This document shows positions 25,586-36,861 of a stretch of 64,000 bases of DNA, one piece after another. The notes beneath the pieces are model-generated. The model did not search any database. It was not told the DNA's origin and was given only the letters and a program-made list of their open reading frames with translations. The stretch lies in assembly GCF_963921235.1 (NCBI RefSeq), contig NC_086108.1, positions 109,184,001 through 109,248,000 on the forward strand. Reading direction: 5' to 3'. The stretch comes from Mobula hypostoma (taxonomy: Eukaryota). Numbering within the stretch: position 1 is the first letter of the stretch; the number at the start of each line of letters is the position of its first letter. Made by a program: the position numbers and the translations under genes.

Positions 25586-27945
25586 GTCCTCATCAGGGGA
25601 TCAGAAATGGAGAGGGTCATCAACTTTAAATTCCTCGATATTTCAGAGGAGCTATCCTAGGTCCAACATGTAAATGCCATTGTAAAGAAAGTACAGCAGC
25701 ACCTCTACTTTCTTAGAGGTTTATGAAGATTCGGCATGTCATTTGAAATTTTGACAAACTTCTATAGATGTGCAGTGGAGAGTATATTGACTGGTTGTAT
25801 CACAGCCTGGTGTGGAAGCACCAATGCTCTTGAACAGAAATCCTACAAATGATATTGAGGGCTTTACCCCAGTCAGTGAGCATTGAAGCCCTCCACAGCA
25901 TTGAGCTCATCTACTTGGAGCACTGTTGCAGAAAAGCAACATCCATTATCAAGGATTCCCACCACCCGGGCTATGCTGTCTTCTTCCAGGACAAAAGGTG
26001 AACACGTGGCTGAGCAATTTGATAGATATGGTTATGTGATCCCGTTTCAACCTGCTACAGCTGAGAATCACAGCTATGTCCAAGGTCTATACAGTTAATA
26101 AAGATGTTTTAAAGTCATTGAATAATTTATCGCAGCTTAAAACTGATGGAAATAATGCCGACTGTGGCTGTAAGATCCTCGCTAGAAGGACACTTTGTCA
26201 GAAATATGGCTGTCACTTGGGACTGCAAGTGTGTTTGAAAAAAACGTTTTCAAGTACCATTACTGATGATCTTGCTGGCAAGTGTACAGTCTCTGATAAA
26301 TAAAATCGACGATTTCAGAGCTAGGGTGCTGCATCAGAGAGACATGAGGACAGCGTGTGTCCTCTGCTTCATGGAATCCTAGTTAACCCCTTCCATACCG
26401 GACGTAGCAATTCAGGTTGACATGTTCACTATACACTGTTAAGGTAGGACTGTCAAGTCTCTCAGAAACAGAGGTGGAGCTGTATGCCTCATGATCAACT
26501 CCACTTGGTGTATCAATGTGTCGGTGACATCTCAATTTTTCTCACCAGACCTAGAATATCTCACAATTAAGTGCCGTCCATTTTACCTACCACGGGAGAT
26601 TTCTGTGATCATTATGGTAGTGGGGTACATTCCACCACATGCCAATATCTAACAGGCTCTAGATGATCTGAGTGATGTGATCAACAGCCATAAACAGCAC
26701 ACTTTGACACCACCATCATTTGGGGGGATTTTAACCAGGCTAACTTGAAAAAAATCACTAAACAGTTATCACCAACAAATCACGTAGCATCACAGGAAAT
26801 AACACACTGCAGTATTGCTACACCACTAAGAGTGCTTACTGTGCTATTCCACGCCCTCACTTCAGGAAGTCTGATCACCCGGCTGTACTTCTACTGCCTG
26901 AGTATAAGCAGAGACTGAAGACTACAGCACCAGTAGTGAGGACCGAGAAGGTTTGGACAAGGGAAGCAGAGGAGCGCTTACAGGACTGCTTTGAATCAAT
27001 GGACCGGACAGTATTCAGGGATTCATCTTCGAATCTGGATGAGTATGCCATAGTTATTACCGACTTCATTAAAACCCACGTGGACGAGTGTGTGCCTACA
27101 AAGACTTACTGTACCTTCCCAAATCAAAAGCTCTGGATGAACCAGGAGGTTCGTCATCTGCTAAGGGCTAGATCTCTGGCATTTAAGTCTGGTGATCCAG
27201 GCCTGTATAAGAAAACTAGGTATGACTTGCAGAGGGCTATTTCAAGAGCTAAGGAGCAAGTCTGGGAGAGTTTGGAGGCAACATCTGATGCACGGCAACT
27301 CTGGCTGGGTTTGTAGGACATTACTTCCTATAAAGAAAAACCCAATAGCATGAATGTCAGTGATGCTTTACTACCAGATGAGCTCAATGCCTTCTATGCT
27401 CACTTTGAAAGGTAGAATATAATTACAACTATGAAGATCCCTGCTGCACCAAGAGGCTGATGTCAGGCTGCCTTTCTGGATGGTGAACCTTCGGAAAACG
27501 ACAGGCTTCAATGGAGTACCTGGTAAGGCTCTGAAAACTTGTGCCAACCAACTGGCGGGGGTATTCAAGGACATTCTCAAACTTTCACTGCTATGGTTGG
27601 AAGCTCCACCTGCTTTAAAAAGGGCAACAATTAAACCGGTGCCCAAGAAGCACAGTGTGAGTTTTCTTAATGACTATCACCTAGTAGCACTCACATTTAT
27701 GGTGATGAAATGTTTTGAGAAGTTGGTGACGGCTAGAATCAACTCTTGCCTCAGCAAGGACCTGGACCCACTGCAATTTGCCTATCGCCACAATAGATCT
27801 ACAGCAGATTCAATCTCAAAGGCTCTTCAGATGGCCCTAGGACGCATGAACAATAAAAACACCTATGTCTAAATATTGTTCATTGACTAGAGCTCAGTGT
27901 CTAACACCATCATTCTCACAGTCCTAATCAATAAGCTGCAGAATG

Positions 27946-30900
27946 TTGCAGAATGGAGAAGAATGTTGAGTTCATCTGGGTAGAGATTAAGAATAGTAAA
28001 GGGAAAAAAATCACTGGTTGTCTATAGGCCACCTAATAAAAATATTGCAGTGGCAGAGGCGATTAACCAAGAAATAACTGAGGCTTGTAAGAACGGAATG
28101 GCAGTTGTCATAGGGGATTGGGTGAATCAGGTTGGACAAGGAAGTCTTGAGGAGGACTTCATAGAATGCATCTGTGATGGCTTTCTTGAGCAACATGTTA
28201 GTTAACCTACAAGGGAAAATGCTATCTTAGATCTAGTCCTGTGCAATGAGACAGGTAAGATTAACGATCTTGTAGTCAGGGATCCTCTTGGAAAGAGTAT
28301 GATTGAATTTTGCATACAGATGGAGGATGAAATAGTTAGATCTAAAACTAGTATATTATGCTTGAACAAGAGAGTCTACAACAGGATGAAGGAGAAGTTG
28401 GCTAATGTGGATTGGGAGCACAGGCTATTTGGTAAAAGTCCATCTCCCACCCCCCATCTTCACCACATTCTACAGAGGTTGTATCGAGAGCATCCTGAGC
28501 AGCTGCATCACTGCCTGGTTCGGAAATTGCACCATCTCAGATCGCAAGACCCTGCAGCGGATAGTGAGGTCAGCTGAGAAGATCATCGGGGTCTCTCTTC
28601 CCGCCATTACAGACATTTACACCACACGCTGCATCCACAAAGCAAACAGCATTATGAAGGACCCCACGCACCCCTCATACAAACTCCTCTCCCTCCTGCC
28701 ATCTGGCAAAAGGCACCGAAGCATTCGGGCTGTCACGACCAGACTATGTAACAGTTTCTTCCCTAAGTCATCAGACTCCTCAATACCCAGAGCCAGGACT
28801 GACACCAACCTACTGCCCTCTACTGTGCCTATTGTCTTGTTTATTATTTATTGTAATGCCCGCACTGTTTTGTGCACTTTATGTAGTCCTGGGTAGGTTT
28901 GCAGTCCAGTGTAGTTTTTGTGTTGTTTTACATAGTTCAGTGTAGTTTTTGTATTGTTTCATGTAGCACCATGGTCCTGAAAAACGTTGTCTCGTTTTAA
29001 CTGTGTACTGTACCAGCAGTTATGGTCGAAATGACAATAAAAAGTGACTTGACTTGACTTGGCTAAAACAGTGGAATACTTTCAAAGAGATTTTTCACAA
29101 TGCTCAACAAAAGTATATTCCAGTCAAAAGTAAGGACAGTAAATGTGGGGAGAGCCAGCCTTGGATAACTAAGGAAATAAAAGATAGCATCAAATTAAAA
29201 GTTAATGTGCAAAGAGTAGTGGGAGACTAGAGGATTGGGAAAACTTTAAAAAGCAACAAAGAACAACTAAACAAGAAGTAAAGAAAGGGAAGATAGAGTA
29301 TGATAATAAATTAGCGCAAAATATAAAAACAGATAGCAAAAGTTTTTATAAATATATAAAGTGGAAAAGGGTGGCTAAAGTGAATGTAGGTCCCCTGGAA
29401 GACAAGAAGGGGAAATTGATATTGGGTGATATGGAAATGGCTGAGGCATTGAACGACTATTTTGTGTCAGTCTTCACGGTGGAGGACACGTCTAATATGC
29501 CAAAGAATGATGCTATGCGCGAAATGGGAGGTAAGGACCTCGATAAAATCACTGTCACTAAAGAGATAGTGATGAGCAAACTAGAGGGCCTAAAGGTAGA
29601 TAAGTCCCCTGGTCCTGATAGCATGCATCCCAGGGTGCTGAGGGAATTGGCGGAGGTGATAGTAGATGGGTTGGTAATCATTTACTAAAATTCTCTAGAC
29701 TCTGGGCAGGTCCCAGTGGATTGGAAGACAGTAAATGTCATGCCACTTTTTTTAAAAGGATGTAGGCAAAAGACGGGCAACTATAGGCCAGTTAACACCT
29801 GTAGTCAGGAAAATGCTTGAAGCTGTCATTAAGGAAGAAATAGCGAAACATTTAGAAAGGAGTAGTTCCATTAGACAGATGCAGCATGGATTCAGAAAGG
29901 GCAGGTCATGTTTGACAAACTAATTGGAGTTCTTTGTGGACATAGTGAGTGCAGTGGACAGAGGGGAATAGGTAGATGTCGTATACTTGGATTTCCAAAA
30001 GGTGTTTGATAAGGTGCCACACAAGAGACTTATAAATAAGATACAGATGCATGGAGTCGGAGGAAGTGTATTGGCATGGGTAGGGGATTGGTTAACTAAT
30101 AGAAGGCAGAGAGTTGGCATAAATAGGTGTTTCTCCAGTTGTCAGTCAGTGGTGAGTGGGGTGCCACAGGGGTCAGTGCTGGGCCCGCAGCTGTTTACCA
30201 TTTACATTGATGATTTGGAAGAGGTAGCGTAGCAAAATTTGCTGATGACACTAAACTGAGTGGAAAAGCAAATTGTACAGAGGATGTGGAGAGTATGCAG
30301 AGGGATATAGATAGGTTAAATGAGTGGGCCAAGGTCTGGCAGATGGAATACAATATTGGTAAATGTGAGATCATCAGGAACAATAGAAGAGCAAATTATT
30401 AATTAAATGGTGAAAGATCGCAGCATGCTGTTGTGCAGAGGGATTTGGGAGTGCTTGTGCATGAATTGCAAAAAGTTGGCTTGCAGGTACAACAGGTTAT
30501 TAAGAAGGCAAACAGAATGTTGGCCTTCATTGCTAGAAGAACGGAATTCAAGAGATGGAAGGTCATGCTGCAACTATACAGGGTACTGGTGAGGCCACAC
30601 CTGGAGTACTGTGTGCAGTTCTGGTCTCCTTACTTGAGGAGGGATATACTGTCTTTGGAGGCGGTGCAGAGGAGGTTCACCAGGTTGATTCCAGAGATGA
30701 AGGGGTTAACCTATGAGGAGAGATTGAGTTGCCTGGGACTATACTCTCTGGAATTCAGAAGAATGAGAGGGGATCTTATAGAAACATAAAAAATTTTGAA
30801 AGGGATAGATAAGATAGAAGAAGGAAAGTTGTTTCCATTGGTAGGTGAGACTAGAACTAGGGGACATTGCCTCAAGATTTAAGGGAGAAGATTTAGGACA

Positions 30901-31155
30901 GAGATGAGGAGAAAATGTTTTTCCCAGAGAGCAGTGTATCTGTGGAATTCTCTGCCCAGGGAAGCAGTTGAGGCTTCTTCACTAAATATATTTAAGATAC
31001 AGTTAGATAGATTTTTACATAGTAGGGGAATTAAGAGTTATAGGGAAAAAGCAGGTAGATGGAGCTGAGTTTACGGACAGATCAGCCATGATCTTATTGA
31101 ATGCTGGGGCAGGCTCGATAGGCCGGATGGCCTACTCCTGCTTCTATTTCTTATG
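27946..31155 (+). mobile_element. CR1 ORF2 remnant nested in Rex1
   Basis: [21 protein letters not shown] and 3' UTR; many stops. Confidence 0.88.
28437..29060 (+). mobile_element. Rex1/Babar 3' fragment nested in CR1
   Basis: FYRGCIESILSSCITAWFGN...LLPSGKR; (GACTT)n tail; taaaa on both sides. Confidence 0.85.
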
Positions 31156-32934
31156 TAGAACCCGGGCCTCTGTACCCCACTCTGCAATTGGATCCTTGAC
31201 TTCCTAACCAGAAGACCACAATCTATGCAGATTGATATTAATAATTCCTCCTCGCTGACCATCAACACTGGTGCAACTCAGGGGTGTGTGCTTAGCCTAC
31301 TGCTCCACTCTCTCTATACCCATGACTGTGTGGCTAGGCATAGCTCAAATACCATCCATAAATTTGCCGATGATACAACCATTGTTGGCAGAATCACAGA
31401 TGGAGACGAGGGGGCGTACAGGATTGAGATATACTAGTTAGATGAGTGGTATTACAGCAACAACCTTGCGCTCAACATCAGTAAGATGAAAGAGCTGATT
31501 GTGGACTTCAGGAGGGCTAGGATGAGGTATTACATACCAATCCTCATAGAGGGATCAGAAGTGGAGAGAGTGAGTAATTTCAAGTTCATGGGTGTCAAGA
31601 TCTCTGAAGATCTAACCTGGTCCCAACGTATCGATGCAACTATAAAAAAACTAAACAGTGGCTGTATTTCATAAGGAGTTTGAGGAAATTTGGTTTGTCA
31701 CCTAAAACACTTGAAAGCTTTTACAGATGTGCTGGCCGTGGAGAGTATTCTGACTGGCTGCATCTCTGTCTGGTATGGGGGATGGGCTACTGCACAGGAT
31801 CGAAAGAATTTACAGAAAGTTGTAAAATTAGACAGGTCCATCTTGACTACTAGCCTCCATAGTATTCCAAGATATCTTCAAGGAGCTGTGCCTCAGAAAG
31901 ACGACATCCGTTATTGACCCCCATCACCCAGGACATGCCCTCTTCTCATTGTTACCATCAGGAAGGAGGTACAGAAGCCTGATGGCACACACTCAGTAAA
32001 TCAGTCACAGAATCTTCCCCTCTGCCATCCAGTTCCTAAATGGACATTGAACCAGTGAACACTACCTCACTTTTATTATTTCTGCTTTTGCACTATTTTT
32101 AATTTAGCTATTTAATACACACATATATACCTACTGCAATGTATTTATTTATTTTTCTGTATTATTATTATGCATTGCATTGTACTGCTGCCACTAAGTT
32201 AACAAATTTCACAACATATGCTGGTGATTTTAAACCTGATTCTGATTCTTTTTGCTGCCACTATCAGAAGGAAGGTGTTGGAGCTTCAGTCACACACCAC
32301 CAGTTCAGGAATAGTTAATACCCCTCAATATGGTTCCGAATACTGTTTCTTGCTTCAAGTGTTTGCAGGATTAATGTTATTTTTCTTTCTCTGTGCATTA
32401 GGTGTCAGTCTCTCTTTCTTTAATTGTTTTTTCCAGTTTTTTTTCTCGCTTTGTGGTTGTCTGTAAATCTCAATGCTGTATTATTTATACACATTCCGAT
32501 AATAAATGTACTTTGAATCTTCGAATCATCAGATTCTTGAACCAGAGGGGATGACTTCACTCAACTTCACTTGCCCCATCACTGAACTGTTCCCATAAAC
32601 TATTGATTCACTTTCAAGCATTCTTCATCGTTCTTGATATTTATTGCTAAATTATTTATTACATTGTTATTTATTTTGTTTCTCTGTATTTATTGTGAAT
32701 GCCCACAAGAAAATGAATCTCATATATATATATGGTGATATATATGTACTTTGATAATAAATTTATTTTGAACTTTGAACCACACAAGTGTAATCACACC
32801 TTTCCTGCAGCTGGGTTAGACTTCACTTTTTGTTTCTTTCTTAATTGGCTGTCAAGTGCTTTGGGGCAACCTGAACAAGATTTGGGAACTTCTGGCATTG
32901 CTTCTTGTCTTTCTCTTCTCTTCAAATGAAACAA

Positions 32935-33250
32935 ATGATAAAGATTAGCTTTATTTGTCACTTGGACATTGAAACATAGAGTGAAATGTGTCATTTTGCG
33001 TCAATGACCTGCACAGTCTGAGGATGTGCTGGGGGCAGCCCACAAGTGTCACCACATTTCCAGCACCAACACGACATGCTCATAGGTCACTAACCCTCAC
33101 CCATACCTCTTAGGAATGTGGGAGGAAACTGAAGCACGTGGAGGAAACCAACACCTGGGATAATGTACAAACTCCTTACAGACAGCGGTGGGAATTGAAC
33201 CCTGATCTTACAGCAGGCCCTGTAAAGCGTTACGCTCACCACTACACTAC
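32935..33250 (-). mobile_element. tRNA-derived SINE with Rex1-type tail
   Basis: Minus-strand gtagtgtagtggtgag and gggttcaattccc boxes; homologous to 53391-53712. Confidence 0.7.
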
Positions 33251-33574
33251 AAAAGATAAATTAGTAGTGCAAAAATAAGGAATAATGAGGTTGTGTTCAT
33301 GGGTTTATGGACTATTCAGAAATCTGATGGCAGAGGAGAGAAGCCGTTCCTAAGACATCGCGTGTGGGCCTTCAGGCTCCTGTACCTCTCTGAAGGCAGT
33401 AATTGACTCCTGACTGCTGGTGCTGCAAGCATTATGCTCACCGCTAAGCTACCAGTTATAATGTTATGGGGTAGAATGGGAGGGTAGTGTAAAGTAGAAT
33501 ATAGAGTGCAGAACAGTACAGCACAGGGGCAGACTATTTGGCACACAATGTTGAGCCAAACCAATCAAATTAGT

Positions 33575-34030
33575 CATCATAAACACAAGAGATTCTGCAG
33601 ATGCTGGAAATCCAAATGCACATGGAACTTAGCAGGCCAGGCAGCATCCATGGAAAGGCTGAGACTTTTCATCAGGACTAGAAAGGAAAGGGAGAAGATA
33701 CCAGAACAAAATGGTGGGGGGAGGGGGGCACAAGCTAGAAGTTGATAGGTGAAGCCAGGTGGGTGGGAAAGGTAAAGGGCTGCAGGGGAAGGAATCTGAA
33801 AGAAGAGGAGAGTGGGCTATAGAAGAAAGGGAAGGAGGAGGCGACCAAGAGGGAGGTGATAGGCGGGTAAGAAAGTAAGAGGTTAGAGTGGGGAATAGAA
33901 GAGGGAATTTTTTTTTCACCAGAAAGAGAAATCAATACTTATGCCATCAGGATGGAGGCTACCCAGGTGAAATATAAGGTGTTGCTCCTCCATCCTGAGG
34001 GTAGCCTCGTCGTGGCATAAGAGGAGATCA
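33575..34030 (-). mobile_element. Older PLE 3' fragment
   Basis: agattctgcagatgctggaaat terminus, purine-rich pLTR, GIY-YIG C-terminus. Confidence 0.75.
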
Positions 34031-35438
34031 AGTAATCAAATGGCCAAATAAACTAATCCCTTCTGCCTACACAATGTCCATATCCTTCCATTTCCCTCAC
34101 ATTCATGTGCCTATCTAAACATCTCTTAGAAGCCCTTATGTACCTGCCTCTATCGTCACACCAGGCAGCACATTCCAGGTACCCTCCGCTCCCAGTGTAA
34201 AAAAAAAACCTGCCCCTGCATCTCATTGAAATTAGCCCCCTCACCTTAAATGGCATTAGACATTACAGCCCTGGGAAGAAGGTACTGCCTGTCGACTTTA
34301 TCCGGCGCACCAGTCGTGAGTTGGAGAGCTCTGAGAGAGGAGGCAGCGCGCAGGTCCGGGAGGGTTTAAACTAATTTGGCAGGGGGATAGGAACTGGAGT
34401 GATAGGGCTGAGGAAGGGGAAAACAGAAATAAATCAAAGATAGCATGCAACAGAGATGATAGAAAGGACAGGCAGAAGATGAGGCATAATCACAGCCAGT
34501 GGGATAATTTACATGGAAATACAAGCGTGGTGCAGTTAAAACAGAAAGCAACAAATACTTGACTGAAAGTGTTATATATGAATGCATGCAACATAAGAAA
34601 TAAAATGGACAGTCTTGGAATTCAGCTACAGATTAGCAGGTATTACGTTGTGGCCACCTCTGAAACTTGGCTGAAGGATGACTGTCATTGGAAGCTGAAT
34701 ATCCAAGGATATGCAGTGTATTGGAAAGATAGGTCAGTAGGCAGAGGGGGTGGTGTGACCCTGTGTATAAGAAATAATATTAAATCATTAGAAAGGGATG
34801 ACATAGGATCAGAAGGTGTAGAGTCTCTATGGGTTGAGTTAAGAAATGGCAAGGGTAAAAGGACCCTAATGGCAGTTGTATACAGGCCTCCAAACAGCAG
34901 CCGGGATGTGGATTACAAATTACAGCAAGAGATAGTAAAGGTGGGTCAGAAGGGCAATGTCATGATAATCGTTGGGAATTTTGACATGAAAGTGGATTTG
35001 GAGAACCAGGCCAGTACTGGACCTCAAGAAAGATAATTTGTAGAATGTCTGAGGGATGGCGTTTTAGAACAGCTTGTTGTTGAGCCCACTAGGGGACCGG
35101 CTGTGCTGGATTGGGTGTTGTGCAATGATCTGGAGGTGATAAAAGAGCTTAAGGTTGAGGAACCCTTAGGGAACAGTGATCACAATATGATCGAGTTCAT
35201 TTTAAAAGTTGAGAAGGAGAAGCTAAATTCCAATGTGTCGGTATTTCAGTGGAATAAAGGAAATTACAATGGCATGAGAGGGGAACTGGTCAAAATTGAC
35301 TGGAAAGAGACACTAGCAGGAAAGACAGCAGAGCAGCAATGGCTGAAGTTTCTGCGAAAAATAAGGGAAGTGCAAGACAGATATTTTCCAAATAAGGAGA
35401 AATTTTCGAATTACCGTGGCTGACAAGTGAAGTCGAAG

Positions 35439-35763
35439 TGATTCGAAGAAGGAGTCTGAGAGTCTGAGTGGGAGTGCCGAAAAAGAGATTTTTGAAATTT
35501 TCGTTATTTTTTTTTCTCCAACGGCTTTCTGAGAGGCGGGACTGCGCAGGCGTGTGACGTCGGGCAGTGCAGCGCGGCAGATTTAAAAGGGCAGACATCC
35601 TGCTTCGGATTTGATTCGAAGAAGGAGTCTGAGAGTCTGAGTGGGAGTGCCGAAAAAGAGACTTTTGAAATTTTTGTTATTTTTTTTTCTCCAACGGCTT
35701 TCTGAGAGGCGGGACTGCGCAGGCGTGTGACGTCGGGCAGTGCAGCGCGGCAGATTTAAAAGG
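35439..35763 (+). promoter_or_regulatory. Tandem 5' UTR monomers (period 173 nt), putative internal promoter
   Basis: 35439-35590 repeated at 35612-35763; each copy has GGCGGGA, TGCGCAGGCG, TGACGTC and TTTAAAA. Confidence 0.65.
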
Positions 35764-35925
35764 AACAGAGCCTCAGAGAGCGGGCAGTGTAGTGTGTGGG
35801 CTGCAGAGTGAGCCGGGAGCAGAGTGAAGACTTAAGGGCTTCGGCTCACCGGGCTTAGGCGGAAGCGGGCGAGGCGAGGAAGGTTTGACATTCATTTTCT
35901 GTTGCTATTTGAGGAGAGGGGCATT

Positions 35926-36861
35926 ATGACTGTGAGGGCAGTTTGCTGTTCTCGGTGTCGGATGTGGGAGGCCCTGGAGTCTCCAAGCCTCCCGGACGTC
36001 TACATCTGCGCCAAGTGCATCGAGATGCAGCTCCTAAGGGACCGCGTTACGGAACTGGAGCTGCAGCTCGATGACCTTCGTCTGGTCAGGGAGAGTGAGG
36101 AGGTGATAGAGAGGAGTGGAAGGCAGGTGGTCACGCCGGGGCCACGGGAGGCAGACAAGTGGGTCACGGTTAGGAGGGGGAAGGGGAAAAGGAAGGTGAT
36201 GGGGAGTACCCCGGCGGCTGTGCCCCTTAACAACAGGTACTCCTGTTTGAGTACTGTTGGGGGGGACAGCTTACCCGGGGGAAGCGACAGTGGCCCTGCC
36301 TCCGGCACAGAGTCTGGCCCTGTAGCTCAGAAGGGTAGGGCAAGGAAGAGGAGGGCAGTTGTGATAGGGGACTCGATAGTAAGGGGGTCAGATAGGCGAT
36401 TCTGTGGACGCAGTCCAGAGACTCGGATGGTAGTTTGCCTCCCTGGTGCCAGGGTCCGGGATATTTCTGATCGTGTCCAAGATATCCTGAAGTGGGAGGG
36501 TGAAGAGCCAGAGGTCCTGGTACATATAGGTACCAATGACATAGGTAGGAAAAGGGATGAGGTCCTGAAAGAAGAATATAGGGAGCTAGGAAGGGAGTTG
36601 AGAAAAAGGACCGCAAAGGTAGTAATCTCGGGATTACTGCCTGTGCCACGCGACAGTGAGAATAGGAATGCGATGAGGTGGAGGATAAATGCGTGGCTGA
36701 GGGATTGGAGCAGGGGGCAGGGATTCAAGTTTTTGGATCATTGGGACCTCTTTTGGCGCAGGTGTGACCTGTACAAAAAGGACGGGTTACACTTAAATCC
36801 TCGGGGGACCAATATCCTGGCAGGGAGATTAGCGGGGGCTACTGAGGTGACTTTAAACTAG
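35926..36861 (+). CDS. CR1 ORF1: Zn finger/leucine zipper plus SGNH esterase-like domain (311 aa from first ATG)
   Basis: CSRC...CAKC, heptad leucines, GDS, PGA, GTND and DGLH motifs; uninterrupted. Confidence 0.92.
   Translation: MTVRAVCCSRCRMWEALESPSLPDVYICAKCIEMQLLRDRVTELELQLDDLRLVRESEEVIERSGRQVVTPGPREADKWVTVRRGKGKRKVMGSTPAAVPLNNRYSCLSTVGGDSLPGGSDSGPASGTESGPVAQKGRARKRRAVVIGDSIVRGSDRRFCGRSPETRMVVCLPGARVRDISDRVQDILKWEGEEPEVLVHIGTNDIGRKRDEVLKEEYRELGRELRKRTAKVVISGLLPVPRDSENRNAMRWRINAWLRDWSRGQGFKFLDHWDLFWRRCDLYKKDGLHLNPRGTNILAGRLAGATEVTLN
36852..36861 (+). promoter_or_regulatory. Candidate -1 frameshift slippery site U_UUA_AAC plus UAG
   Basis: ACT TTA AAC TAG in the ORF1 frame; the -1 frame is ORF2. 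Confidence 0.7.

Larger units (their letters stand above)
26256..32248 (+). mobile_element. Rex1/Babar LINE (APE plus RT), split by a CR1 at 27946-31155
   Basis: ILLASVQSL..KID, FPNQKLWMN and LDPLQFAYRHNRST; resumes with [11 protein letters not shown] and KFADDTT; (GATTCT)n tail. Confidence 0.85.
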
